From positions 25,110,001-25,174,000 of the forward strand of contig OZ024764.1 of assembly GCA_964016885.1 (NCBI GenBank): 64,000 nucleotides of DNA, read 5' to 3'. Shown piece by piece: positions 12,398 through 27,828 of this stretch. The position numbers and the translations under genes were made by a program. The first letter of the stretch is position 1. Every line of letters starts with the position of its first letter. This DNA comes from Eledone cirrhosa. Its lineage: Eukaryota. The notes beneath the pieces were generated by a model. That model was given only the letters and a program-made list of their open reading frames with translations. It did no database searches and had not been told where the DNA came from.

Positions 12398-12910
12398 GAA
12401 AGTATAGAAATTATTGTGAGCGTGAAGCCAACAGCATTTCATAATATATGTGACTATAACGTCAAAATGGAAAATAATTAACGTAAGATGTGGGAAAAAT
12501 AATTCAAACTCAATTTTAAAAAATCAAGACAGATTTATCCATAGAATTTTGTGAAATCCAGGGAAAAATCTATAGAGCCTTAACTCTGAATAAAATAAAG
12601 TTTAAATACTCATCCTTCAATTTGGAAAAACTTCAAATGCTCTATATAGTCTTAAAAAGACTATTTCACGAAACTTTCAGTGGGGATGGTCACGGTTGGA
12701 ACCGTTCATCAGTAGAGCTCAACATGGTAACCCTAAACCACTGCCAGAATATGCTAAAAAGGGAATTTCAAAGCAGCCTAGTTCAACTCATGCGTAAATA
12801 TGAAAATAAACGCACATGGAGAGACATGGCTGGTGACGTCAGAATGAGACGAATGTCTGTTTACAGGAAACAGCAGTCAAAAAACATTCCGAAAAAAAAG
12901 TCTACAAATG

Positions 12911-12968
<58 letters not shown>

Positions 12969-13734
12969 GGATACTATTTATAGTTATGTATATTTTAAAT
13001 TATAAACAGGGAATATCAGTAATTTATTACTACCTTATTACCATAAGATAAATAGCTCAATGTAATAACATCAGTTGTTCTACAGAGCAGTTATATAGAA
13101 TTTACAAGAATCAAAGCTATGTTCAAAGCATTTATTCACTTACAACTGTTACATCCAAACCTTGGCTTGGGGCCTTCGGACCATTTTTTAATGCTTGTAC
13201 AAATAATTGACCTCCTATCCAACGCAACAAACATTCAGATACATATATATATTGACGTACACCGGAGCGACATATATTATACTATACTATATTTTTATAG
13301 TAATTCAAATTTAAAATCAAAATTAAAATACAGGCGTCAAGTAACACAGATAATGCAAGAGAATAGTTCAATAATCTGATCTAGTAGACAGTGTATGCGT
13401 TAGTCATATATACAAGTGTGTCTCATTTATATAAGAGTATTGTGTGGCAAGGTATTACATGTAATACAAGCACTTTAAGCGGGTAAGAAAGAGTATTATG
13501 GTGGTTGTAGTGGGAGAGTATTTTTTGTATAGATCGAATTAGTATGTGTGCAGAAGAAGAAAAAGAGAGTTATAGTTTCACATCCACCGCCATTTTCACA
13601 TCCAGAAAAAGGAAGTTATGTCTATTACATCCATCACATTTGTTACTTAATACGAATACATCGTTTACAAATGTACTCTATATACTAAATATATATATAT
13701 ATATATATATATGACTCTGTCTCTTATAAACCAC

Positions 13735-14096
13735 GTTGGCTATTATGAACCCCTCTCTCTCTCTCTCTATGCTGGCTATTATGACTATCTCTCTCTCTTT
13801 CTATGTTGGCTATTATGACTCTCTCTCACTCTCTCTATGTTGGCTATTAAGACTCTCTCTCTCTCTCTCTCTATGCTGGCTATTATGACTCTCTCTCTCT
13901 CTCTCTCTATGTTGGCTATTATGACTCTCTCTCTCTCTCTCTATGTTGGCTATAATGACTCTCTCTCTCTCTCTATGTTAGCTATTATGTCTCTCTCTCT
14001 CTCTAAGTTGGTTATTATGACTCTCTCTCTCTCTATGTTGGCTATAATGACTCTCTCTCTCTCTATGTTAGTTATTATGTCTCTCACTCTCTCTCT
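13735..14096. repeat. Compound minisatellite, ATGTTGGCTATTATGA plus variable (CT)n
   Basis: About a dozen units of ~30 bp with varying CT tract length. Confidence 0.9.
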
Positions 14097-14479
14097 GTTC
14101 AAGATTTACAAAGTTAGATGAACATCTTCAAAGTCCTCCCATACTCACCTTGTCTAATATGCGTTCTTGTACCTGATTATTTCCTCCAAATCTCCTGGGA
14201 TGTTACAAGCCATGATGGCTACCTATCTCACAATTTCCCTCCTGCCCACCCCCTCACACCACCATAGTGTATTCGACCAATCAAACCTCAGCAACCTGTC
14301 CCTCACCCATTACCAACCCCAACAAACTCTGCCTTTACTACTACTTCTACTTTTCTTCTGGCCCTTACCAGCCCCAAAAAACCCTGCCATTATTACTATT
14401 ATTGTCCTTCTAGCCCTGAATTCTTTTACTGTTATGTAAGGGTGAGCTGAGGATAAATGGGGCAACCCCAAATTAATAA

Positions 14480-15869
14480 ATGAATATGAATCCGCGAGTT
14501 ACCAAGCACCCATGCAAAGCTTTAATTCAGAGACAGGAAGCTATCACACCCCACTGCAAAAATTCACCCTTTCCCACGAGTGGTGGCAAATGCCCAAAAC
14601 TCCGAGTTGGAACCATCAATGTAAGCACAATGAAAGGAAGAGCAGGAGAAATTGTAGAGATGCTAGAGCGAAAGGAAATTGATGTATGCTGTGTGCACGA
14701 GACTAGATGGAGAGCAGAGACCGCTAGAGTCCTTGCAGGTAGAAGTCAGTGCTACAAATTTTTCTGGGTAACAAATGACAACAGGATGGGAGGTGTAGCT
14801 ATCCTATTAGCTGACAAATGGGTAGATAAGGTAATCTCAGTGAACAGCGTGAAGGCAAGAACCATGAAACTCGGACTAGTCCTGAATAAAACAATTGCCA
14901 CAATAATATCAGCTTACGCACTCCAAATGGGGTTGTCAGGCGACTATAGCGGGGAACTTAGCGTAGATGTCGGTGTCCACCAGGGTTCTGTTTTTAGCCC
15001 TCTCCAGTTCGTTATAGTATTGCAGGCAATAACAAAGGTGATTATGACCGGATGCCCATGGGAACTCCTATATGCGGATGATCTCACACTTATAGCCGAA
15101 TCTATGGTGGAACTATACTTGCTCAGTATGTAGGAAAGGAGTAGGCTGGATACAAAAGGCTTCCCCCTCAAAATGAAAGGAAGGCTGTATGATGTGGGTA
15201 TACGAACAGCAATGTTACATGGTAGTGAAACCTGGGTACTGTCTGTGGAAGACTTGCATAGATTAGAAAGAAACGAAGCCTGCATGCTCCGAAGGATGTG
15301 TAATAGTAATATACGCGAAGGGCAAAGCATAAATGAATTGAGAGAGATACTGAGCATAAGAGGAATGAAATGTTGTGTGCAGGAGAGGAGGTTGCATTGG
15401 ACATGTGATGCGTATGAAGGATGACAGCTGTATAAAAAGGTGTAGAGCACTAGAAGTCGATGGAAGCCGTGGAGTGGGGAGACCCAAGAAGAGCTGGGAT
15501 GGGGTGATAAAAGCCGACCTTACCCAGTTGCACCTCTCAAAGGCGATGACACAGGACCGTCACCTCTGGCATCACGCAGTAATACAGAAGACCCGGTTCC
15601 CCACAGCTACAAGCGGAAGCCGAAGCGTATGCTCCCACCATCTCCGACTGTAAAGTGGACGTATAGGTGACACAGAAAAAAAGCGCCCAGTACTCACTGT
15701 AAATGAGGTTGGTGTTAAGAAGGGCATCCAGCTGTAAGAATCAAGCCAGAATCAGTTCCCGTATGAGCAAGACAAGGTCAGCTGAACAGACACTGCCCAC
15801 AACAGGACAACCCGTCTAACCCATGCTAGCGTGGAAGAACGGACGTAAAACAGTGATGATGAAGATGAT
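14480..15869 (+). mobile_element. Internally deleted RTE-clade LINE
   Basis: APE N-terminus (RVGTINVSTM, CVHETRW) joined to RT (GVHQGSVFSP, LYADD), then the C-terminus, 3' UTR and a (GAT)n tail. Confidence 0.9.
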
Positions 15870-15872
15870 ATA

Positions 15873-18325
15873 TCATATATGCCAGTGAACAAGGTTACAT
15901 TTGGAGCCTAAAAATATCTCTCCAAAACCAGGGGTCGACTTGTCTGCTAAATATAGTATGTTAACCTTTACCACTGAGGGGTAACAGTGAAACTGCCGGC
16001 CAAACACTTGTTGTACACCACTTACCATAACTCTAGCAACCCACCACATTTATTTCTACTGAATCTCATATTTGTTAAGTCTAACGTAGAGATTATAGTA
16101 ATATCAATGTCTTACTGTAGCTTATAGTGTAGGTTACCATAGGGTAGGTTACTGTAGGGTAGGATATCGTAGGGTAGGTTACCATAGGGTAGGTTACCAT
16201 AGGGTAGGTTACTGGAGGCTAGGATACCGTAGGGTAGGTTACCATAGGGTAGGTTACTGGAGGCTGGGATACCGTAGGGTAGGTTAGCATAGGGTAGGTT
16301 AGCATAGGGTAGGTTACTGTAGGGTATGTTACTGTAGGGTAGGTTACTGTAGGGTAGGGTACCGTAGGGTAGGTTACTGTAGGGTAGGTTACTGTAGGGT
16401 AGGTTACCATAGGGTAGGTTACTGTAGGGTAGGATACCGTAGGGTAGGTTACCATAGGGTAGGTTACCATAGGGTAGGTTACTGTAGGGTATGTTACTGT
16501 AGGGTAGGTTACTGTAGGGTAGGGTACCGTAGGGTAGGTTACTGTAGGGTAGGTTACTGTAGGGTAGGTTACCATAGGGTAGGTTACTGTAGGGTAGGAT
16601 ACCGTAGGGTAGGTTACCATAGGGTAGGTTACCATAGGGTAGGTTACTGTAGGGTATGTTACTGTAGGGTAGGTTACTGTAGGGTAGGGTACCATAGGGT
16701 AGGTTACTGGAGGGTAGGTTACCGTAGGGTAGGTTACTGTAGGGTAGGTTACTGTAGGGTAGGTTACCATAGGGTAGGTTACTGTAGGGTAGGATACCGG
16801 AGGGTAGGTTACCATAGGGTAGGTTAGCATAGGGTAGGTTACTGTAGGGTATGTTACTGTAGGGTAGGTTACTGTAGGGTAGGTTACCATAGGGTAGGTT
16901 ACTGTAAGGTAGGGTACCATAGGGTAGGATACCGAAGGGTAGGTTAATGTAGGGTAGGGTAGCGTAGGGTAGGTTACCATAGGGTAGGTTACCATAGGGT
17001 AGGTTACTGTAGGGTAGGTTACTGTAGGGTAGGTTACTGTAGGGTAGGTTACCATAGGGTAGGTTACTGGAGGCTAGGATACCGTAGGGTAGGTTACTGT
17101 AGGGTATGTTACCATAGGGTAGGTTACTATAGAGGAGGTTACCATACGGTAGGTTACCTTAGGGTAGGTTACCATAACGTTGGTAACTATAGGGTAGGTT
17201 ACCATAGTGTAGGTTAATGTAGGGTAGGTTACCATAGGATAGGGTACCATAGGGTAGGTTACAATAGGGTATGGTACCATAGGGTAGGTTACCATAGGGT
17301 AGGTTACCATAATTTAGGTTACCTTAGGTTAGGTTACAATAGGGTAGGTTATCATAGGTTAGTATACTATAGGATAGGTTACCATAAGGTAGGTTAGCAT
17401 AGGCTTGGTTACCATAGGGGAGGTTACTATTGGTTGTTACCATAGGGTAGGTTACCATAGGGGAGTTTACTATAAGTTGTTACCATAGGTTAGGTTACCT
17501 AGGGTATGTTACTATATGGTAGGTTACTGTAGGGTAGATTACCATAAGGTAGGTTACTATAGGGTAAGTTACCATAGGGTTGATTACCTTAAGGTAGGTT
17601 ACCATAGGGTAGGTTACCATAGGGTAGGTTACCTTAGGGTAGGTTACTATAGAGTAGAGTACCATAGGGTAGGTTACTCTAGGGTAGATTACCATAGGGT
17701 AGGTTACCATAGGGTAGGTTACCATAAGGGAGATTATTATAGGGTAGGCTACCATAAGCTAGGTTACCATCGGGTTGTTTACTATAAGATAGGTTACCAT
17801 AGGGTAGGTTACCATAGTGTAGGTTACTATAGGGTAGGTTAACATAAGTTAGGTTACTATAGGGTAGGTTATATATGACAGTTTACCATAGGGTAGGTTA
17901 CCATAGGGTAGGTTACCATAAGGTGGGTTATCATAGGCAGGTTACCATATGTTATGTTACCATAAGTAGGTTACCATAGGCTAGTTTACTAGAGGTAGGT
18001 TACCAGATGTTGTCATAGGGTAGGTTACCAAACCATAGGTTACCACAGGGTAGGTTACCATAGGTTAGGTTACCATACCATATGTTTGTTAAGGTTAGGC
18101 TAGGCTGGTTTACTCGGTGAGTTAGAACTCACTTGTGACTGTAGTGTTTTAGAAGAAGGGTCTTAACATTTAGTGCACCACTAAATTTTTTAACTGTTTC
18201 CCCTGCAACTGCCTTAATTTTGGGGGTTGTCTTATCAATGCAATAGGGTCCTAAACCTAAGTTACACCTCAGAATTTTAGGGGCCGACCTATGTACCAGA
18301 TAGACTTGTACACCGGCATATATGG
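15873..18325. mobile_element. Non-autonomous Tc1/mariner-type (Tc2/pogo-like) TIR element carrying the 15-bp minisatellite
   Basis: Left end TA|TCATATATGCCAGTGAACAAG vs reverse-complemented right end TA|CCATATATGCCGGTGTACAAG. Subterminal GGGGTCGACTT-like motifs at both ends. Confidence 0.75.
16128..18080 (+). repeat. 15-bp G-rich minisatellite
   Basis: Same unit as 3088-6740. Confidence 0.97.
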
Positions 18326-20302
18326 TATATATATATATGCAAAGAGAGAGAGAGAAAGAGGAAGTGAAAGAGATGCATTAAAACAATAACCGAAGGTCTG
18401 ACTGGAGAATTTACTTTAGAATTTTAAGAGAAAAGAGGAAGGTTTCAGACTTCTGGAATTCCTTCACGAAAATGTCCAATTTATCTGTAACAAACTTCAA
18501 AAAACGAGACAACCACTTAATAACCTATAGATCAAGTGAGCCCACCAGCTAGATAGATTTAATTGTTACCAGAAGACAGAGTGACTGTTATAAACACAAA
18601 GTCCGTCCCTAGTGAAGAATGCACCTCCCAACATACCTTGGAAGACAACCTGGAAGAAAAGAGTAGAGATCAAAATCAAAAGGTCTTAAAGTCAATTTGG
18701 TAAAGACTAAAGTTCTAGTAAGTAGAAAGGAAAACAGGGCCCAGATCTCTTCAGGTAAACTGTCCTGCTCAGTGTGCAGAAAGGGAGTAGGTAGAAATTC
18801 CATCCTATGTCCCATATAGAAATGATGGGTACACAAAAGATGTTGTGGGATATCAGGCAGGCTAACAAAGAAAGTAGCTTCTACATGGGGCCAGTGAACA
18901 GGGGCAGTAAATAACAAGAGCTCTCGGGTTACAATCTCCTTCAAATGCCCAGAAGTCTCTGTAGCGGTGGTAGATAGTTTCTGTTAAATGGGTGACCAAA
19001 TCAGCAGTGGAGTAGGGTGGTCCAAAAACTCAGTAACCAGAGTGAGATTAGATTGGCGAAAGTGCAGGGATCTACTACTACTGCTAACTACAAAAGGTTT
19101 TTTCCCTCAAAATGAAGGGCAGATTGTCTGATGCAGGTATACAAACAACAATGTTGCACAGCAGCTAGACCTGGGCACTGTCCGCAGAAGATCTGTAAAG
19201 CTTGGAAAGAAATTAAGCCTCCATGCTTCAATGGATGTGCTATAGTAATATATGCAAATGGCAAAACATAAATGTAGTGTGAGAGAAATTATGCATAAGA
19301 GGGATTAGTTGCAGTGTGCAGGAGAGGGATTGTTTGGGTTTAGACATGTAATGTGTATGAAGGGTGACAGCTGTATAAAAAGGTGCATAACACACAAAGT
19401 TGACAGAAGCCATGGAGTGGGCAGGTCTGGGAAGACTTGGGATGAGGTAAGGAAAGCTGACTTTGCACAATTACACCTAGCTAAGGCAATGACACAGGAT
19501 GTTGACCTCTGGCGCTATGCAGAATTATAGAGGACCTGCCCTCATAAATCCACGAGTTGAGGCATATATCTAGTATGTAACACCTTCCCCACCATCTTCC
19601 CTCCCAAACATCTTAATTGATGTTATCATCCCACCCCTATAACAACATCCACAATCCACCAGACATTTTCCCTACCAACACCCCACTCAAGTTCCCAAAC
19701 CTCACCATAAAGAGGTCCCACTGCAATCATGACAACGTGTCCAGTGTTCATGTAGGTGTCCCGACAAAAAGCACCCAGCACACTGTACAAATGTGGTTGG
19801 CATTAGAAAGGGCATCCAACCATAAAAACCAAGCTAAAATCAGTTCCATGTGAGTGAAACATGGTCCTCTGACCTGATCTCCCACAAAGGGACAACCCAT
19901 CCAACACATTGCCATTCCTTAAGTGCCTTTCCAGACATCAAGGCCACCTGGCACACACAAGTCAGCCAGAGAATACCTTCCTAATTTAAGGCTTTTAACA
20001 TCTGAAGCCAGATTTCATCTTCCCCAGCAGTTTTACCACATTTGAGCTCTTTAACTGCTCTTGTGATCTCAGCCTCTGAGAGATTAGTCACCACTCCCAG
20101 ATACACCTCATCTACATCCAAAAATGCTGTTGTGATCGGGTTTAGGAGGTCAGCAACATATTCTCTCCACCTTGTGGGGATGCACCTTTCTGAAGATAGG
20201 AGAACTCAGGATTCATACTTGATAGCAGGTGTGGAGGAAGGCTTCATATTACGAAGCCGGCAGATGATCTGCCAGATCATTTGCATATAAGTGTATATAT
20301 AT

Positions 20303-22985
<2,683 letters not shown>

Positions 22986-23010
22986 AAAAAATATATATAT
23001 ATATATATAT

Positions 23011-23539
23011 TTAAAAGAATAGAGATGTAACACACAAGTTATTATATATTTGTAAACGGAATAGAAAATGCTGACAAATTGTTCACAGTTGAAAAATGGT
23101 TTAATTAGGAATAAAAGAGTATTAGTAATTGTATGGGTTAGTATTCAGTTGTGGTTTTAAGTTTTTAAGTTTTTACCGGTTGCGCATTTCTAAATGCTTT
23201 TCAAAAATAATTTTGAGATAGAGTGTCCGTGTTGTTTGCTCTGATCTGATTAGTTTTGGGAATTCTACCTGTTTTTATGTTAAAAAAGTGGCTCCAGCGC
23301 TACTTTCGTGTTGCAAAAATTCTTGTGGTCAAAACAATTTTGATTGGTCGGTAGAGGTCATGTGAATGTAAAAAATTGATTTTGCGCCAAGACTGTTTTT
23401 ATGTTAAAAAAGTGGCTCCAGCGCTACTTGGTGTTTGCAAAATTTCTTGTGGTCAAAACAATTTTGATTGGTCGGTAGAGGTCATGTGAATAAAAAATTG
23501 ATTTTGCGCCAAGACTGAGAAATGACTCTTTCACAACAA

Positions 23540-23581
<42 letters not shown>

Positions 23582-23649
23582 TAGTAGTAAAGTGCTCGAT
23601 GTTGTGATAATGGTTAGCAGGGATGTGTGTCAAATGGCTATTAAGTTAA

Positions 23650-23680
<31 letters not shown>

Positions 23681-24041
23681 TGAGTGTGTATATAGCAGAG
23701 TAATTCGTGGTAGCGGGGATGGTCAGTAGGAATGTGTCTGTAAGCAGTGGAGGGTATTTTAGCATGTCAAAAGATATTTTTCAGCTTTTGTCTTATACGG
23801 AGAAGTGTGTGTGTGTGTGTGTATAAGTCTCTTTGTATGTTAATGTACGCGTGTGTATGTGTGTGTGTGTGTGTGTATATATATGTGTGTGTGTGTGAGA
23901 ATGTGTGTGTGTGTGTGGGTGGACCAGTATTTTATTCCCCCTGGTAAAGTGGTGTTCATTATTCGATATTTTCAGTAAAATCGGTTCTCTTAATAGAACA
24001 TCAAAATTCTTAACAATAAAAGGTGTGAAATGATATTCACT
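23011..24041 (-). mobile_element. PLE 3' UTR/pLTR remnant of the family at 54869-56794
   Basis: Homologous to 54869-55860; includes the ~123-bp duplicated block and the HHR-like motif at 23170-23207. Confidence 0.8.
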
Positions 24042-24214
24042 ATATATATATATTTATATATATATATATATATATATTAGAAAGTGAGGTTTTTTTTACA
24101 AAATGAAAAATAACCGAGGTGTCCTACACGAGTGGAAGTATAAAGAAAAAAGGATGAAATCGAGAATGCAACTGAAGTCTTATTTTTTTTAAAAATATAT
24201 ATATTTATTTGGTT

Positions 24215-24252
24215 CCTTTACCGGTTTCGCAGTTCTTCTGCTTTTCAAAAGG
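24215..24252 (-). ncRNA. Minimal type I hammerhead, U3-A8 core variant
   Basis: cctt TTGAAAA gcag aagaa ctgc GAAAC CG GTA aagg. Confidence 0.7.
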
Positions 24253-25271
24253 TGAGTTGAGATGGAGGGTCTGTGGTTTTTCTCACATCTGGTTGGTCTC
24301 TAAATGTTACTTGTTTTATATGGAAAAACTGGCTCGAAAACCAGGTTTTTCGAGAAGTAATTTGATTGGTTTGTCAATAATTATAATAAATTTCGCGCCA
24401 GTTCGCGTTACAATAGTTCTTCAAATAAGAGAGGGGGGGGGGGGTTGTCACAGGTTGTTTTTTCATATATGAGTGTTTGAATTTCTTTTTACTTGAAAAA
24501 ATGAGGCTCACGAAGGCTTTTTTTTGGTTGGTTATAAATGAAATTTGGCTGTCACGTGAACAAGTTTTTATTACATTTTTGCGCCCTTATTTGGAAAACT
24601 ATTCTGTAGTCTTTATAGTGAAAGTTATGACAATGGAGAGATAGTGGTCAAGGGAAATGGGATTGGGAGAAATGTTCTGGTTCAGTGAATATGGCCAGCT
24701 GTCAGAGTTCAGGTGTCAGAGTTCAGATTTTCTATTGAGACTGAAGATACGTGTTTATTTGTGTGCTTGTGTGTGTGTATATGTGTATTGGAAGATGATT
24801 CTATTAGTAGAGATGGGGGAGGGAGTTGTGTGTGTGTGTATATGGGTGTTATGTGTGTGTGTGTGCGAGTATGTTAGATAGAGAGAATATATATTTTTTG
24901 TGTGTGTGTATATATATATGTGTGTAGGAAAGTGGTTCTATTAGTAGAAATGGGGAGGGTGTTGTAGGTGTGGGGGTTTTTATGTGTGTTTATGGGTGTT
25001 ATGTGTGTGGGAGTATGGTTAGCATGTTAAGATGAAGAGAATATATATATATATATATATATATTGTGTGTGTGTATGTGTGTGTGGAGGAAAATGATTC
25101 CTTTAGTAGGAATATTTTTGAATGAACATATTTTCCTGACTTTTTCGTGTTTGCTGTTGTATTGCCAGTGAAAACGTATGTTTAAGGTTTATTTAGTTCG
25201 GGTTTTTATTTTCTAAAGTAGGTGTTATGTGTGTGTGTGTATGTCATATTGTGGTGTTGACATAATGTATA

Positions 25272-27391
25272 TTAAACCTTATTTAATGTTGGTCTATATT
25301 TTTGAATAAACATATTTTCCTTATTTATTCGCATTTGTTCTGTTGTATTGTTAGCGCAAAGGTAAAATGGGAAGACTTGGAATTTGGGTGTCTTATTACT
25401 TGCGCAAATGTCTAGATGTGCACTTAGTGGTATTTGTCTCGTGGTTGGATCTCGTAATTGTTGGCGATGAACTGTCATTCTGTTTCTGAGTGTGAGTTTA
25501 GTTTGTCCTATATAATCTTCATTGCATCCTTTACATTTAATGGCATAAATTAGATTTTTTGATGAGCAAGTGAAGTGATTTTTTACAGTAAAATTTTGTC
25601 CTGATTTAAATGTATACGTGTTGCCTTCAATGAGGTGAGTGCAGGTTCCACAATTAGAGCGACCACATTTTTTGATACTTGGTTGTGGGTTTGTGGTAGG
25701 TAATTTGGCATTGGTGAGTAATGTTTTCAGTGATTTTGGTTGTCTTTTGCTTTTGATTATTTTGTGTGTTTCAAGGGCTTTTTTCATTCTTGGGTTTTGT
25801 TTTAGTAGTGGGATGTTATTGTGAATAGTGTTGTAAGCTTCCGCATTTCTTGGGTTGTGTGTTGAGATATATGATAGAATATTGGACGTACCTTGAATTT
25901 GTTTCTGTTTCCGTAATTCATCAATGCCTATTGCTTTAGCCCTTTCTATTCCATTATTTATTAGTAATAGTGGGTACTCTCTCTCAAGTAGAATTTCCTT
26001 TAATTCTTGAAGTCTTTTATTTCGCGTTTCATAATTGGAGACAATTGTGCAAATTCTTCTTGCTAGGTTAAAAGGAATGTTCGTCTTCGTGTGCTTTGGA
26101 TGGTTGGAGGTGAATAGCAGATATTGTTTGGAATCTGTTGGTTTGTAGTGTATGTCAGTTTCGATATTTGTGTCTTTTTTTGTGATTAAGATGTCCAGAA
26201 ATGGGAGTTGATCTTGGCTGTATTCCATTGTGAATTGGATGTGGTTATTGATGCCGTTTATTAAGTTTTTGAAATCCTTCAGTTGGTCGAGTGTGTGGGA
26301 CCAAAGAATGAGGCAATCATCCAAGTAGCGTTTCCAATTCTCTGATAAATATTTGTGAAAGTTCAATCCGTATTTTGATTTGGACTGTTCATATATCTGG
26401 ACTTCTAAGTATGCCATGACTAAGTTGGCATAAGTTGGAGCGGCTTTTGTGCCCATCGCAGTCCCCGATATTTGCTTGTAAGTATTGCCATCGAAATCAA
26501 AAAAGTTGTTCTGTAGGATGAATTTTAATCCCTCGGTGATGAAGCTTTTTTCTATTGTCAGGTATCTCATTGGGATATTTCTCTAGCCAGAATCCTATTG
26601 CTTCTAGTCCGTATTGGTGTGGGATCGTTGTGTAGAGATTCACTACATCGAAAGACACAATAATAGTGTCGTTGTTGACATGTTTGGGGAGGTGGTTTAA
26701 GAGGTCCAGATCGTCTCTTACAAGGCTTGGTATGTGTTTCAGTATTGGTTTCAGTAGTATGTCTATAAAGTTGCTCAATCTGTGTGTTTCACATTGTGGG
26801 CCCGCTACAATTGGTCTTAATTTAAGGTCTGTGGGGTATTGTGTGTTCACGCAGGCTGAGGTGGATTGTTTACAGGCATCGTTGATTATTTTACATTTGT
26901 GGATCTTCGGAAGTCCGTAAAGGTTGCTGGTTTTGTATTCAACATTTGTTAAATAATCGCGTTCCTTTTTAGTTAGGTCTTCCTGGTATCGATAAATCAG
27001 TGTGTTTAATTTGGTCATTATTTTTGATTGCTGGTAGTTTTTTACTCTTTCATAGTAATTAGCATTTTGTAAGAGAGAGAACATAGAATTTTTATATTTT
27101 TCAGCCTCCATAATGACAACAGTACTTCCCTTGTCCGCTTCCTTAATTACAATGTCCGGATTGTTTTTTAGTTCATGGATAATCTCCCATTCCCTTCGAC
27201 TTGTGTTGGGTTTGGGTTTAGGTTGCGGTAGTTCATGGTATGGGAAGGTAGCTATGTGGTCACAAAATTTGTCCAGAACTCTGTTTCTACCTTTTGTTGG
27301 GTTGTAGCTGCTTTTATTCCGTACAATTGATTCGTCGTTATTCTCCTTGTCAAAGAATTCCTCTGTGAGACGTAATTTTCTACAGAAGTGT

Positions 27392-27393
<2 letters not shown>
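25272..27393 (-). pseudogene. PLE reverse transcriptase/GIY-YIG endonuclease, frameshifted and 5'-truncated
   Basis: ORF track translations; 2-bp deletion relative to the paralog at position ~231. Confidence 0.9.
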
Positions 27394-27439
<46 letters not shown>

Positions 27440-27440
27440 T

Positions 27441-27550
<110 letters not shown>

Positions 27551-27551
27551 T

Positions 27552-27623
<72 letters not shown>

Positions 27624-27797
27624 TTTTTTTGTGTTGCACCATAGAGCATGTGTGTTCACGTATGTCATTGTGTTTATATGTGGGTAGAGATGTGTGCTGA
27701 TGTAGGTATGTATGTTGAAGTGTGTATGTTGTGGGTTCGTCTTAGGGAGAAGTGTTTAGACGGGGTCCGTATTTGTTAATGAAGTAAGATTCCTTGC

Positions 27798-27828
<31 letters not shown>

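Larger units (their letters stand above)
24205..27393 (-). mobile_element. PLE (Neptune-like) with nearly complete RT-GIY-YIG ORF, 3' UTR and terminal HHR
   Basis: ORFs 26497-27642 and 25272-26570 give RT (RYLDD), Cys linker CGRSNCGTC and LIY..YIGQT nuclease, with one frameshift near 26557. Confidence 0.93.

Noticed and set aside
12680-12720. Minus-strand CTGATGA followed by an acggtt/aaccgt hairpin
   Set aside because: No GAAA or stem III follows in either paralog; at most half a motif.
13130-13200. Minus-strand GTAAC AGTT GTA resembling an HHR 3' half
   Set aside because: No CUGANGA and the GAAA is altered.
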